NCBI GenBank assembly: GCA_023205875.1
Contig: CP060761.1
Coordinates: 558,001 to 622,000 of the forward strand
Direction of reading: 5' to 3'
DNA from: Chloropicon primus
Taxonomy: Eukaryota
DNA: 64,000 nt
The notes under the pieces are model-generated. The model was not told the origin of the DNA. It made no database searches and saw only the letters and a list, made by a program, of their open reading frames with translations. A program made the translations under genes and the position numbers. Shown one piece after another: positions 55,207-64,000 of this stretch; positions within the stretch are counted from its first letter, which is position 1; each line of letters opens with the position of its first letter.

Positions 55207-57894
55207 TTAGGGACTCGAGCAAGGCAAACCAAAGAACTCGCAGGTTCTGAGGCACTCCTCCTCGTTGCAGTCCTCTACCTCTTCCCTCGCAGGGCAACTG
55301 ACCCCGCCCTCGGAGTTCATTCCCCTCCCCGCCGTGTTCAGGACCTTGCGAGTTCGCTTCCTCGTCCCCCCGCCGCACGGCTTGTCGCACTCGGACCATT
55401 CGCTCCACTCTCCGACTTTGCAGCCCCCTCCCGAGGAGACCGAGCTGGTCCTTGGAGCGAAGATCGAGCTGACCCTGATGCCTTCGCCGCCCCTCATCGC
55501 GGGGACGCAGGTGCCGTTGAGGGAGCTCAGCGCCGGCATCAGCCTGGCCCCGTCCACCTCCCTCCCGGAAGACAAGCCAACAATGATTGGCGAGCTCGCG
55601 GTGGATATGCTCCTGTAAGACAGAACGACGTCCCCCCTCCTCCCGCCGTCGAACCACAGCACCGCTTGCCCCGTGTTCGACCCAAAGCAGCCGTACCACG
55701 TGCAGTAATCGTGCAAATGGTCCCAGGTGACCGCGACTCGATCGCTGAAGATCCTGTACTTGACGCTCCCGGACTTCAGCTCCGGCTTCAAGTCCGTGAA
55801 GAGCACGCTTATCCTCGCCTTACCGTGGTGGTCCTCCCAAGTCGCCTTTCTCACATTGTCGGGCTCCTCGAACGTGATGTAACCGTTCGACCCGACCCAG
55901 AGGCCAGGGTACTCGACCCCAAACAGTTTCACCTTCTTCCCAGTCTTCCCAACGACATCAATGTACGCAGCAGAGTCGTCCTCGAGATCGAGCTTTGTCC
56001 AATCGCCCGCCTTGACGCTCTCGGCCAGCGGCTTGCCCTCCACGAGGCAGGTGGAATAAGCGTTTTCCGAGAACACCTTGTAACGGATTGTCTTGTACTC
56101 CAAGTCAAAAGCACTCTCCGAGGCAAACATTTGGGAAGCGTGGGCAGAAGCCGGGCACTTTGGCCCCTCGCCACAGTACCGCTCCTCCTCCAGTACGCAA
56201 GGGTCCCCCCCGCACCTCTGCCTCTCCTGGATGTTTCTCCTCCTCTTCTGAAACCTGGCACCGCACGTGTCAGTGGGACAGCTGTCCCACTCCAGCCACG
56301 GGCCTGGGACGCAGTCCCTGACCTCCGCGCAGGGCAAGTCGGCGATGTTCAAGAACCTGCTCGTGGTGCCTTTGGGGTTCCCGCCAATCTTGATGGTGCT
56401 GGCAGCTTTCATCAGAGTCCTCCTGACTTGAGCCGGGGTATCCGTGGGATGATTCTCCAGGTGGAGGGCGACGGCGCCAAGGACATGGGGACACGCCATG
56501 CTGGTGCCGCTGGAAAGGCTCGTGTCGTAGTCCTTTCTGTTCCAGGTGCTCATGATGTCAGTCCCGGGGGCAAAGATGTCCACGCAGCTGCCGTAGTTGG
56601 CGAAGCTCGAGATGTGGTCGCTCCGGTCGGTGGCCGACACCGTGATCGCGGTCGGAACGCTGGCGGGAGAGAACCCGCAAGCGTCCTTGTGGCTGTTCCC
56701 CGCGGCGACGACGACGGTGACCCCGGCATCTATCAGGGCTTGGACTGCCCTGTTGACGGACCAGCTCTTGTGTCCCCCCAGAGAAAGAACGGCCGCCGCG
56801 GGCTTCTTGTGATTCATGGCGATCCAATTCAACCCCTTGATAATGCCGCTCCAGGCCCCAGATCCATCGCTCCCGAGGACTCTCACCGGGTGAATGATGG
56901 CGTCCTTGGCCACCCCAAACTTCCTGCCGGCCGCGGTTCCAGCGATGTGAGTCCCGTGACCGTACTCGTCCCAGGGATCCCAGTCCCCGTCGATAATGTC
57001 GATGCCGTCTGCGACCCTTCCCGCGAAGTCGACGTGAGAGTAGCGGATTCCCGTGTCCAAGACGTACAGATGGACCCCCTTCCCGGTCGCGGTGACGTGG
57101 AAGGCCCTGTCCAGGGGCAGGTAGCTCTGGTCGATCCTGTCGAGACCCCACAACCTGCTGCTGACTTGCTGCACCCTCATCCCCGAGCCCATGGTGCGGG
57201 CCAAGGTGTCCATGGTGTAGCTCTTCATCTCCCTCTCGATGAACTCGAGCTTGTCCCCCAGCACCTCCCTGCACCTCATCAGCTCCTCCTCGCCCTCGGC
57301 CCTGAAGAACACGATCCCGTCGAGACTGCTGGCGGACGTGTCCCAACACTCGCCGCGGCAATCCAAAGTTTTGTCTGGCCCCTTCAAACCATCGCAGATC
57401 CTCTCCACCTCCTCCAACCCGACCTCTGACCTGAACTTGAGGATCCACCGCCCTGCGTCGTTGTCCGGCAGGGGTCCACCCCCTCGCCCCGCGAACGAGT
57501 GGATCGGGGGATTCATCCAATGCACCGGCGCCAGTCCCTCCGTCCCCTCCATCACGTCGCTCACCTCCTCAAAGTCTTCATCAAAGTTCCCGTGCGATGA
57601 CGACGACGACGAAGGCGTCAGCGAGTCCGAGTCCCCGCCGGAGAAGGCCCTCCGGTGCATCGTGAAGTTGACCCACGACGACGCAGGGTCAACCTCGAGC
57701 ATGTCCTCGAGATCGTAAAACTGATACCCGGAGTCCCAAACGCTCCTCCACGCCGCCGCCGTCGTCGTCGTCGTGGTGGTGTTCGTCGCGTCGGTGCGAT
57801 GCGACGACAGAAACGCGACAACCACGAGCACAAGCATTAGGAGGAAGGGTCGTCCATTGCCTGTCATCCCCAACGACGACGACAAAAACGGCAT
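55207..57894 (-). CDS. Secreted proteinase K-like subtilase (S8) with two TSP1 repeats flanking a NIDO-like domain
   Basis: Signal peptide. Triad YVLDTG, HGTHIAG and GTSMACPHV. TSP1 motifs WLEWDSC..CG and WSEWSECDKPCGGGTRKRTR. NIDO-like WVGSNGYITF. Confidence 0.9.
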   Translation of the reverse strand: MPFLSSSLGMTGNGRPFLLMLVLVVVAFLSSHRTDATNTTTTTTTAAAWRSVWDSGYQFYDLEDMLEVDPASSWVNFTMHRRAFSGGDSDSLTPSSSSSSHGNFDEDFEEVSDVMEGTEGLAPVHWMNPPIHSFAGRGGGPLPDNDAGRWILKFRSEVGLEEVERICDGLKGPDKTLDCRGECWDTSASSLDGIVFFRAEGEEELMRCREVLGDKLEFIEREMKSYTMDTLARTMGSGMRVQQVSSRLWGLDRIDQSYLPLDRAFHVTATGKGVHLYVLDTGIRYSHVDFAGRVADGIDIIDGDWDPWDEYGHGTHIAGTAAGRKFGVAKDAIIHPVRVLGSDGSGAWSGIIKGLNWIAMNHKKPAAAVLSLGGHKSWSVNRAVQALIDAGVTVVVAAGNSHKDACGFSPASVPTAITVSATDRSDHISSFANYGSCVDIFAPGTDIMSTWNRKDYDTSLSSGTSMACPHVLGAVALHLENHPTDTPAQVRRTLMKAASTIKIGGNPKGTTSRFLNIADLPCAEVRDCVPGPWLEWDSCPTDTCGARFQKRRRNIQERQRCGGDPCVLEEERYCGEGPKCPASAHASQMFASESAFDLEYKTIRYKVFSENAYSTCLVEGKPLAESVKAGDWTKLDLEDDSAAYIDVVGKTGKKVKLFGVEYPGLWVGSNGYITFEEPDNVRKATWEDHHGKARISVLFTDLKPELKSGSVKYRIFSDRVAVTWDHLHDYCTWYGCFGSNTGQAVLWFDGGRRGDVVLSYRSISTASSPIIVGLSSGREVDGARLMPALSSLNGTCVPAMRGGEGIRVSSIFAPRTSSVSSGGGCKVGEWSEWSECDKPCGGGTRKRTRKVLNTAGRGMNSEGGVSCPAREEVEDCNEEECLRTCEFFGLPCSSP

Positions 57895-58283
57895 GGCCGT
57901 TACGCTCGGCGTGAGGGCGTTACGTTTACGTTTACGGGAAAAGAGAATGCGCCGCGCTACGCGGCGATTAAAAGAACGACGCGGAGTCCTTGTCCCTCCT
58001 TCGAGAGAGCACATACATACTCTCTCTCTCTCTCTCTCTTGATGCATCGGCGTTGCTCATTCTCGGATTCTCCAACTTGTCCATAGGACCATGGGGTGAC
58101 GAAAGAAAAAACAAAGGGGGGTTGCCTCAAGAGAGAGAGAGAAGAGACACAACAGAAAGCAGACGAGGGCATGATCATGAAACCGTATGCAATGCGATCC
58201 AAGTGTGGTCCACAGGTTGCTTAGATTGTCCCATGCCACTGCCTCCTCCTCCTCTTTTCATATATACATATTACATCCAATAA

Positions 58284-59715
58284 TTATTGAACGACCTGGG
58301 TCTGAAACCGCGTGATGAAGTCGTCCACAGCCTCGGCAGTCTTGTCCGGCTCGTCCTCCTGGATGGCGTGGCCAGCGGGAAGGACCTTCATCTGGAACTT
58401 CCCCTGCATTTGACCGATGGTCAGGTCCTTGTCCAAGCGGTCCGTACCGGCCAGGAGCAGCAGCTTGGGAGCAGGAACCTTGAGGAACCTCGCGCTAAGA
58501 CCTTGGTACCACTCCTTCCAAAAGGGTTCGGTCGCCATCAGATCCGTGATCCAGGCGTACTCGCTCGTGCCCGGGTTCTTCTTCACTTGGCTCGAGGCCG
58601 AGACCCTGGCCGCTTCAAAGTTCTTGGTCAGGCCGGAGCTGTAAGCGTACTTGACGAATTCCTCCACCCCCTTGAAGGTCTTGGGCCTCTTGTTGATGAC
58701 CTGCTGCATGTATGGCAAGGACGCCATCGCCGTGCCTTCGACCACGTCGATCACAATGGTTCCCGCCAGAGAGGGAATGGACTCGAGGGACGAGGCGTGG
58801 ATCGCTATCGCGCCGCCGAGCGAGTGCCCAAGCAGAACCGTCTTGGGCTTGGTCGAACCAAAGCACTCCTGCCACACCAGAGTCACGTCCTTCGCCAGCG
58901 CTTCAATGGAATAGTCTTCCGACTGGGAGGATTCCCCGTGAGATCTCAAGTCCAGCGCAGCGATCGTGTACTTGTCCCTCAGCTTCTTCGCCAGAAGGGC
59001 CCAAGTCAGGCCCGTGTAGCCTCCGCCGTGAATACAGTACACGAGCGGCCTATCCTCGCTGGCCTCTCCCGTCGTGTACATGTTGAAGGACAACTTGGTC
59101 CCGTCTTTTCCGGAGGCCACCTCCACATTCTTCTTCACCTCGAAATAGTCTCCCCACGGAAGCGCCTCGAAGCTCTTCATGCTCGGCACGTTCGTCCCTG
59201 GAAAGGCTCCAGTGTTCGCCCCGCTGGTGTGGAACATGGCAGCCTCCTTCTCCCTAGCCGAGAGCAAAACAATCGGAAAAGGTAAGAAAAGAAAAAGTTC
59301 AGTCAACGGAAGAGACGCATCGAAGCGGAGAGGAGCACAAGGAAAGAAGCCGCTATGCTCCATGGAGGAACCATGGAATGAATGAATGGTCCACGTCATG
59401 GGCCATGCAGCTGTATGCATAGAGTCTCTATGTTTTGATCAGAAGGCTGGGGAGGACTTACTTGAGGGATGTCATCCCAGGCGGAAGCTGCTTCTTTTCG
59501 AACATTCCTTTGAGGAGCTCCGTGTGATTCTTTATCCGTGGCACGCCGAAGCTTTCCTTCCGCATGAGTCCGAACTTATTCGGGTTCCGCATTCTATTCT
59601 CTGGCGCGGTGACTGCGGGGTTCCTCGGTATGTTCAAGCGCGAGGGAGCCTGGTCACCGCCTTCCGAGGGGAACGCCTCCATCCCGCTCTCGTTTGTCTC
59701 GTCCTCGTTCACCAT
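58284..59715 (-). CDS. PPME1: Protein phosphatase methylesterase 1 (exons 59715-59462, 59253-58284)
   Basis: HGGGYTGLTW, GHSLGG, DVVEGTA, LAGTDRLDKDLTIGQMQGKFQ and GHAIQEDEP. Confidence 0.94.
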
Positions 59716-59751
59716 TGCGCGGCGTGTGGTGAGGCAAGCGCGCCACCTCTC

Positions 59752-60060
59752 CTCTCTCTCACACACACCAGCCTGGGAGGCGGAGACCAGAATGATCATC
59801 CAGACTGATGGGGATGGGGATGGTGATGGTGATGGAGGGAGGGAGTGATGGTGATGGAGGGAGGGAGTGATGGCGATGGAGGGAGGGAGAGAGGGGTAGG
59901 TGAATACAGACTCAACTCAGTATCTCTCTCTCTCTCTCACACCAGCCTGGGAGGCGGAGACCAGAATGATCATCCAGGCTGATGGTGATGGTGATGGTGA
60001 TGGTGATGGAGGGAAGGGAGAGAGGGGTAAGTGAATACAGACTCAACTCAGTATCTCTCT
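59752..60060. repeat. Tandem duplication (174-bp offset at 5' end) with internal GATGGT microsatellite of variable length
   Basis: ACCAGCCTGGGAGGCGGAGACCAGAATGATCATCCAG at 59767 and 59941. GTGAATACAGACTCAACTCAGTATCTCTCT occurs twice. Confidence 0.92.
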
Positions 60061-60249
60061 CTCCTCTCTCTCTCTCTCTCTCTTGCCGTCTCATTGAAGT
60101 GAGCTGCTTCCTGCTGGATGGATAAATCCAACGAACCGGGCCTATCGTACATTATTAAAAGGTGGTAAATACAAACAAAACAAAACAAAAAAGCAAGTGA
60201 GTGTCCAAGTCCGCTCCGCTCCGCGCCGAACTCAATGCCTCAAGCACCC

Positions 60250-61194
60250 TCACTCGAAGAGGGTGTCCTCGAAGAGCTGGCCCTTCTTGAAGGCGGTCAC
60301 GAAAGGCTTGTGAGAGATGTTTCCCTTGGCAGCGTTCGCCTTGGCTTGTGCCTCCCTCTGCGCGGTGGACTTGTACGGCGTGCTCGCTCTCAGCGTCGGC
60401 TCGCTCGTCAACACGTTCGAGCTTCCGGCGCTGATGAATGGCTTGTACGTGATCGGGGTCCTGCCAGCGAATCGTTCCTTTGTCTCGGCAAAGGAATCCT
60501 CGAAGCTCTTGTCGAGCCCCGCGATGGAGTTCTCGTCCACCTGAGGCAACGTCTTCGCCAGCTCGCCCTTCTTCGTCTTCCTGAGGTAATCCTCCACGTG
60601 CTGGCCCGCAATCGTCGGCGGACCCCCAGTCAACGCCGTGTAAGGAGAATTGAAGATGCTCGGGCAGCTCTCCGTCGATATCAAGTGATGAAGCTTGGAG
60701 AATATCTCCTCGAACTTGACCTGACACTCGGCATACTTTGTGGTCTCCTCGTACTCCACCTGCCTCTTGTGGCTCGACCTCATCTCCTTCACCACCTCCT
60801 CGGACCGACGCGTCACTTCCCTAATGTACTCCTTCCTCGCGTAAAAGTCATGCTTGTACTTTCTTGACATGAATGCCCTGTAGTGCTTCTGAATGCAGAT
60901 GGCCTGCTTGTTGAAGTACTCCACCCTGAGGGCGATGATGTGCTGATGGAGGAGCTTCTTGTGTTTCTTCTTCGCAAGACGGGCCCTGTAGACCTTCTGA
61001 ATCACCACAGCGTGACCATTCAGCCTGCTCAGACTCCGTCGGACCACGAAGGCTCGATAATAGCTCTGTATCACAGTGGCAGCATGGGACTCCAACTCGC
61101 GATTCTCCTCCGCGAGTTTTGACTGCTCGAAGAAGCCTTGGAGGACATCCTTCTTGAAGTCCGTGAAACGGTTCTCGACCCCAAGAGACGTCAT
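60250..61194 (-). CDS. Triple IQ-motif protein, SPATA17-like
   Basis: IQSYYRA, IQKVYRA and IQKHYRA motifs. SRKYKHDFYARKEYI and HHLISTESCPSIFNSP resemble SPATA17. Confidence 0.8.
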   Translation of the reverse strand: MTSLGVENRFTDFKKDVLQGFFEQSKLAEENRELESHAATVIQSYYRAFVVRRSLSRLNGHAVVIQKVYRARLAKKKHKKLLHQHIIALRVEYFNKQAICIQKHYRAFMSRKYKHDFYARKEYIREVTRRSEEVVKEMRSSHKRQVEYEETTKYAECQVKFEEIFSKLHHLISTESCPSIFNSPYTALTGGPPTIAGQHVEDYLRKTKKGELAKTLPQVDENSIAGLDKSFEDSFAETKERFAGRTPITYKPFISAGSSNVLTSEPTLRASTPYKSTAQREAQAKANAAKGNISHKPFVTAFKKGQLFEDTLFE

Positions 61195-61930
61195 CGGCAC
61201 ACCCTAATTGCCTAGAACCGGGCTTGGCCAACACAAACACACACACAAACACAAAAAAACTTGTGGCACAAACCAAACGAAATGCTCCAACCCCTTTGAC
61301 TCCCAAACCTCTTCCGCTCGAGTTTTTGAACAAGGTTGGTACCAATCGAAAGGTCTCGACAAGACGCTTCGTTTGATTTCGGTGTCGGCCTCTTCGCGAC
61401 CCTCCCCTCGCCGAGACAACCTCCACAACCCGCGACACTTTGTCCTCCTCCTCGGTCCTCGGTGAAACTGGTCAAACCTAAGCCAAAGATTTCGTCGTAT
61501 AGCGTTCTAATTAGAGAAAGACATAACGGAGCATCCAATCAAACGATGGCGATGGCGATGGAGAGCAAGGTGGACAACACCACGTGGAACGTGATGAGCT
61601 CCCAGATGACATATCAACCTCTCCGTGAGTTCCTCTCTCTCTCTTCCCTCTTCTCTCTTCTCTCTTCTCTGCTGCGCTCCTTTGCTCGCCTCCAGGCACC
61701 TGAGAGAGAGACAGAGAGAGAGAGAGCATCAGAGGGACGACACGTGCATGAAGGGAGGTCCTGGTGAAGAGTCGGTCCAGCAGAAGTGTACTGAAACGGG
61801 GCAGGGCAAAGATTCACGACGATCTTGGCAACATTATTTTCCCATTGAAGATTGTTTAACGTCACTGCGGCCTCCCTCCTCTTCTTCTTCTTCTTCTTCT
61901 GCTTTTTCTTGTCAACACGCAAGTGGAGCG

Positions 61931-63367
61931 TTACAGGAGGTGTGGCTTGCGACCTCTTTGCTCGTGCTTGTAGTCGCAGCGGCTGCAAATGTACTCGAGG
62001 ACCTCGTCGTGCTCTTGGATCTCGTCGTAGCCCCACGAAGGATCGATGGGGCTCTCCCTCAGGGTCTCGCAATTTGCCAGGCACCACGGCTCGAAACTGT
62101 CGAAGCCCGACATCTCGTGGAGCGTCTTGTCCCTCAACCTCCCCTCGTCGTACTCCTTTTGAATCCTCTGAACCAGCGGCGAGTCCAGAAGGCACGACCG
62201 GAGGTCCTCCTTGGTTTCCACGTCCGGATCGCACCCCGCGCTCTCCGTCGCGAATTCCTTGCAGTACAACCCAAAGTCCGTTTCGTGGCAAACGTCCACG
62301 AACTTGTCAAAGGTGGACGGATACAACGAGTTGGAGCTCACCGCCCACGACCTTTCGTGATTGTACACGGCGTGGAGCGTCGCGGGAGGCAAGTAAATGA
62401 AATCGCCGCCGACGAGGGTTCCCTCGTGTACCGTAACGTCCGCCAAGTCTGGAAAAGCTTCGAGGTCAGGATTCCATACTTCCAATTGCCTCGTCTCCTC
62501 CTCCCCGGGCCCCTTCGAGCGGATCGTCGTGCTGGGCCTGTCTTGATCCTCGTAGAAAGACAGAGCCTGCGAGCTTCTCGTCTCGTTGTACAAGATGGTC
62601 CTAAAGGTTTTCTTGCCCTCGTAGACAACCATCCAGAAAGGAATCAGCATCGAGTCCATGTGGAGCTCGCTCTTCGTTCCTGCGGGGCCGATGAAAACCT
62701 CGGGCTGGCCTTGCTGCAGGTACTTGGCTTCACCGCCTTCGGTTGCGTTGTTGTAGACCTGGTCCACGGGGATGAGCGCGGACGACACGAAGCTGGGGAT
62801 TTTGGCAAAGTGATCCAGCGGAGGACACAATTCGGGAATTCCGACGCCGCCCGAAGCATACCTGAGTTCCTCCTCTCCACCGCCACCAGAGAGCACGTGC
62901 CTCTCAATGTATGTGGCCAGCTTCATCTTCTTTGTGTCCTCAAGGCCAGCCCAATCCGCAGCCGTCTCGCTGTACGTCGTCGTCTCGATCGTGCTTCCGC
63001 CACACAGGTCTTTCAGCCCCTGCCACCCCAGCCCGAACGCCGGGTGGCTTCGTGCTTCCCCCTCAACGATGACCACCTCGTCTCCGTGCTTGTCGAAGAA
63101 CTCCTTCACGCTGATCGAGCCCGCAGGGATCCTGGTGATTGGGACGATATGGAGCCCATCCCTCCGCTGCACCTCGCCAGGAGATCCCTCGCCGCTGTCC
63201 GTGGGGGTGTCATCACCCCTGATCAGACCCGAAAGCCTCCTCGGTGGAGGGCGGGCCCCACGATACCACCTCAAGGAACACAGTGATGCCAAGGCGAACA
63301 CCGATAGAGCAACGATGATGATGTTGATCCTCCCACCGGACCTTTGCCTCGCATACGGCACCCCCAT
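61931..63367 (-). CDS. JmjC-domain 2-oxoglutarate/Fe(II) oxygenase with N-terminal signal anchor
   Basis: VFIGPAGTKSELHMD, GKKTF and GDFIYLPPATLHAVYN (HxD...H). Hydrophobic INIIIVALSVFALASL near the N-terminus. Confidence 0.85.
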   Translation of the reverse strand: MGVPYARQRSGGRINIIIVALSVFALASLCSLRWYRGARPPPRRLSGLIRGDDTPTDSGEGSPGEVQRRDGLHIVPITRIPAGSISVKEFFDKHGDEVVIVEGEARSHPAFGLGWQGLKDLCGGSTIETTTYSETAADWAGLEDTKKMKLATYIERHVLSGGGGEEELRYASGGVGIPELCPPLDHFAKIPSFVSSALIPVDQVYNNATEGGEAKYLQQGQPEVFIGPAGTKSELHMDSMLIPFWMVVYEGKKTFRTILYNETRSSQALSFYEDQDRPSTTIRSKGPGEEETRQLEVWNPDLEAFPDLADVTVHEGTLVGGDFIYLPPATLHAVYNHERSWAVSSNSLYPSTFDKFVDVCHETDFGLYCKEFATESAGCDPDVETKEDLRSCLLDSPLVQRIQKEYDEGRLRDKTLHEMSGFDSFEPWCLANCETLRESPIDPSWGYDEIQEHDEVLEYICSRCDYKHEQRGRKPHLL

Positions 63368-64000
63368 GGCTTCTCCCAGATCCGATGCACCCCTAAGCAA
63401 GCATTGAGGCCATGGCAAGGAAGGATCACCATTCGCCTCACCACTTCATCGCCCTCCCACCCAGAGCTCCTTTCTCTCCTACCTCCTGGTCCACCTCCTT
63501 TGCCTGTCAAGCAAGATATTACTTGGAGCACGAGCACGCTCTGGAGTCCACCAAGGGTGAAAGGTAGCGAGAACGGTGGATCACCACTCGCCTCACCACC
63601 TCATCGCAATGAAGCCCTCCCCTCCACCGCCTCCCTCTCTCCCACCTCCTCCTGATGCCCTGCTGACCAGCAGCTGGAGAGACCTCCCAGGAGGCTCGAA
63701 AGATGTTCCTCAAAACGGGCCAAGCGAGGGGTCAAACGAAAGGTCTCGAGGTCTAGTTTCGCTCCACGGGGTCAGACAAGAGTTTCACGCGCTCTGTTCG
63801 CCTCTGCTTCACCCTTTGTGCTGCCAAAGATGGGATCTTGGGTTGGATCTTGCTGAATTCTGTCCATCTGGAGCTTTGAAATACGACAGACGAAAGTCCA
63901 TCGAGGCCAAGGCGGTCGAGAGGGAGAGAGAGGGTAAGTTATCGATAAGATGGACGCACGAAGTGGAGAGGGGAACAAGAGAGAGGGTGATGGATGGAAA

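Overview
Gene-dense, GC-rich eukaryotic nuclear DNA with short GT-AG introns, a CTGAC-type branch point and microsatellite-rich introns and promoters. Glucan water dikinase, transit-peptide-like N-termini and TGTAA 3'-end signals point to a compact chlorophyte picoalga (Chloropicon/prasinophyte-like; inference, not a database match). About 32 protein genes are supportable: HDAC, PKA regulatory subunit, NDUFA12-family, AP-4 epsilon, RRM, ataxin-3, HGD, EF-hand, GWD, MnSOD, F-box-vWA, ABHD11, VIT1, VPS33, Exo70, HPRT, CLC, PEX1, SCCPDH, ALIX/BRO1, ARPC4, three tandem cathepsin B-like genes, a subtilisin-TSP1 mosaic, PME-1, SPATA17-like, JmjC and several hypotheticals. I found no rRNA, intact tRNA, CRISPR array or transposase. 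The most striking unexplained signal is non-coding: a degenerate 26-bp spaced dyad, CTTTCG-N14-CGAAAG, seen more than 20 times between genes and mostly upstream of them. It occurs as outward-facing pairs about 250-300 bp apart and as same-strand repeats 170-203 bp apart. Local tandem duplications have similar nucleosome-sized units (170-215 bp). Exon boundaries and motif copies were read by eye and need computational and RNA-seq confirmation.
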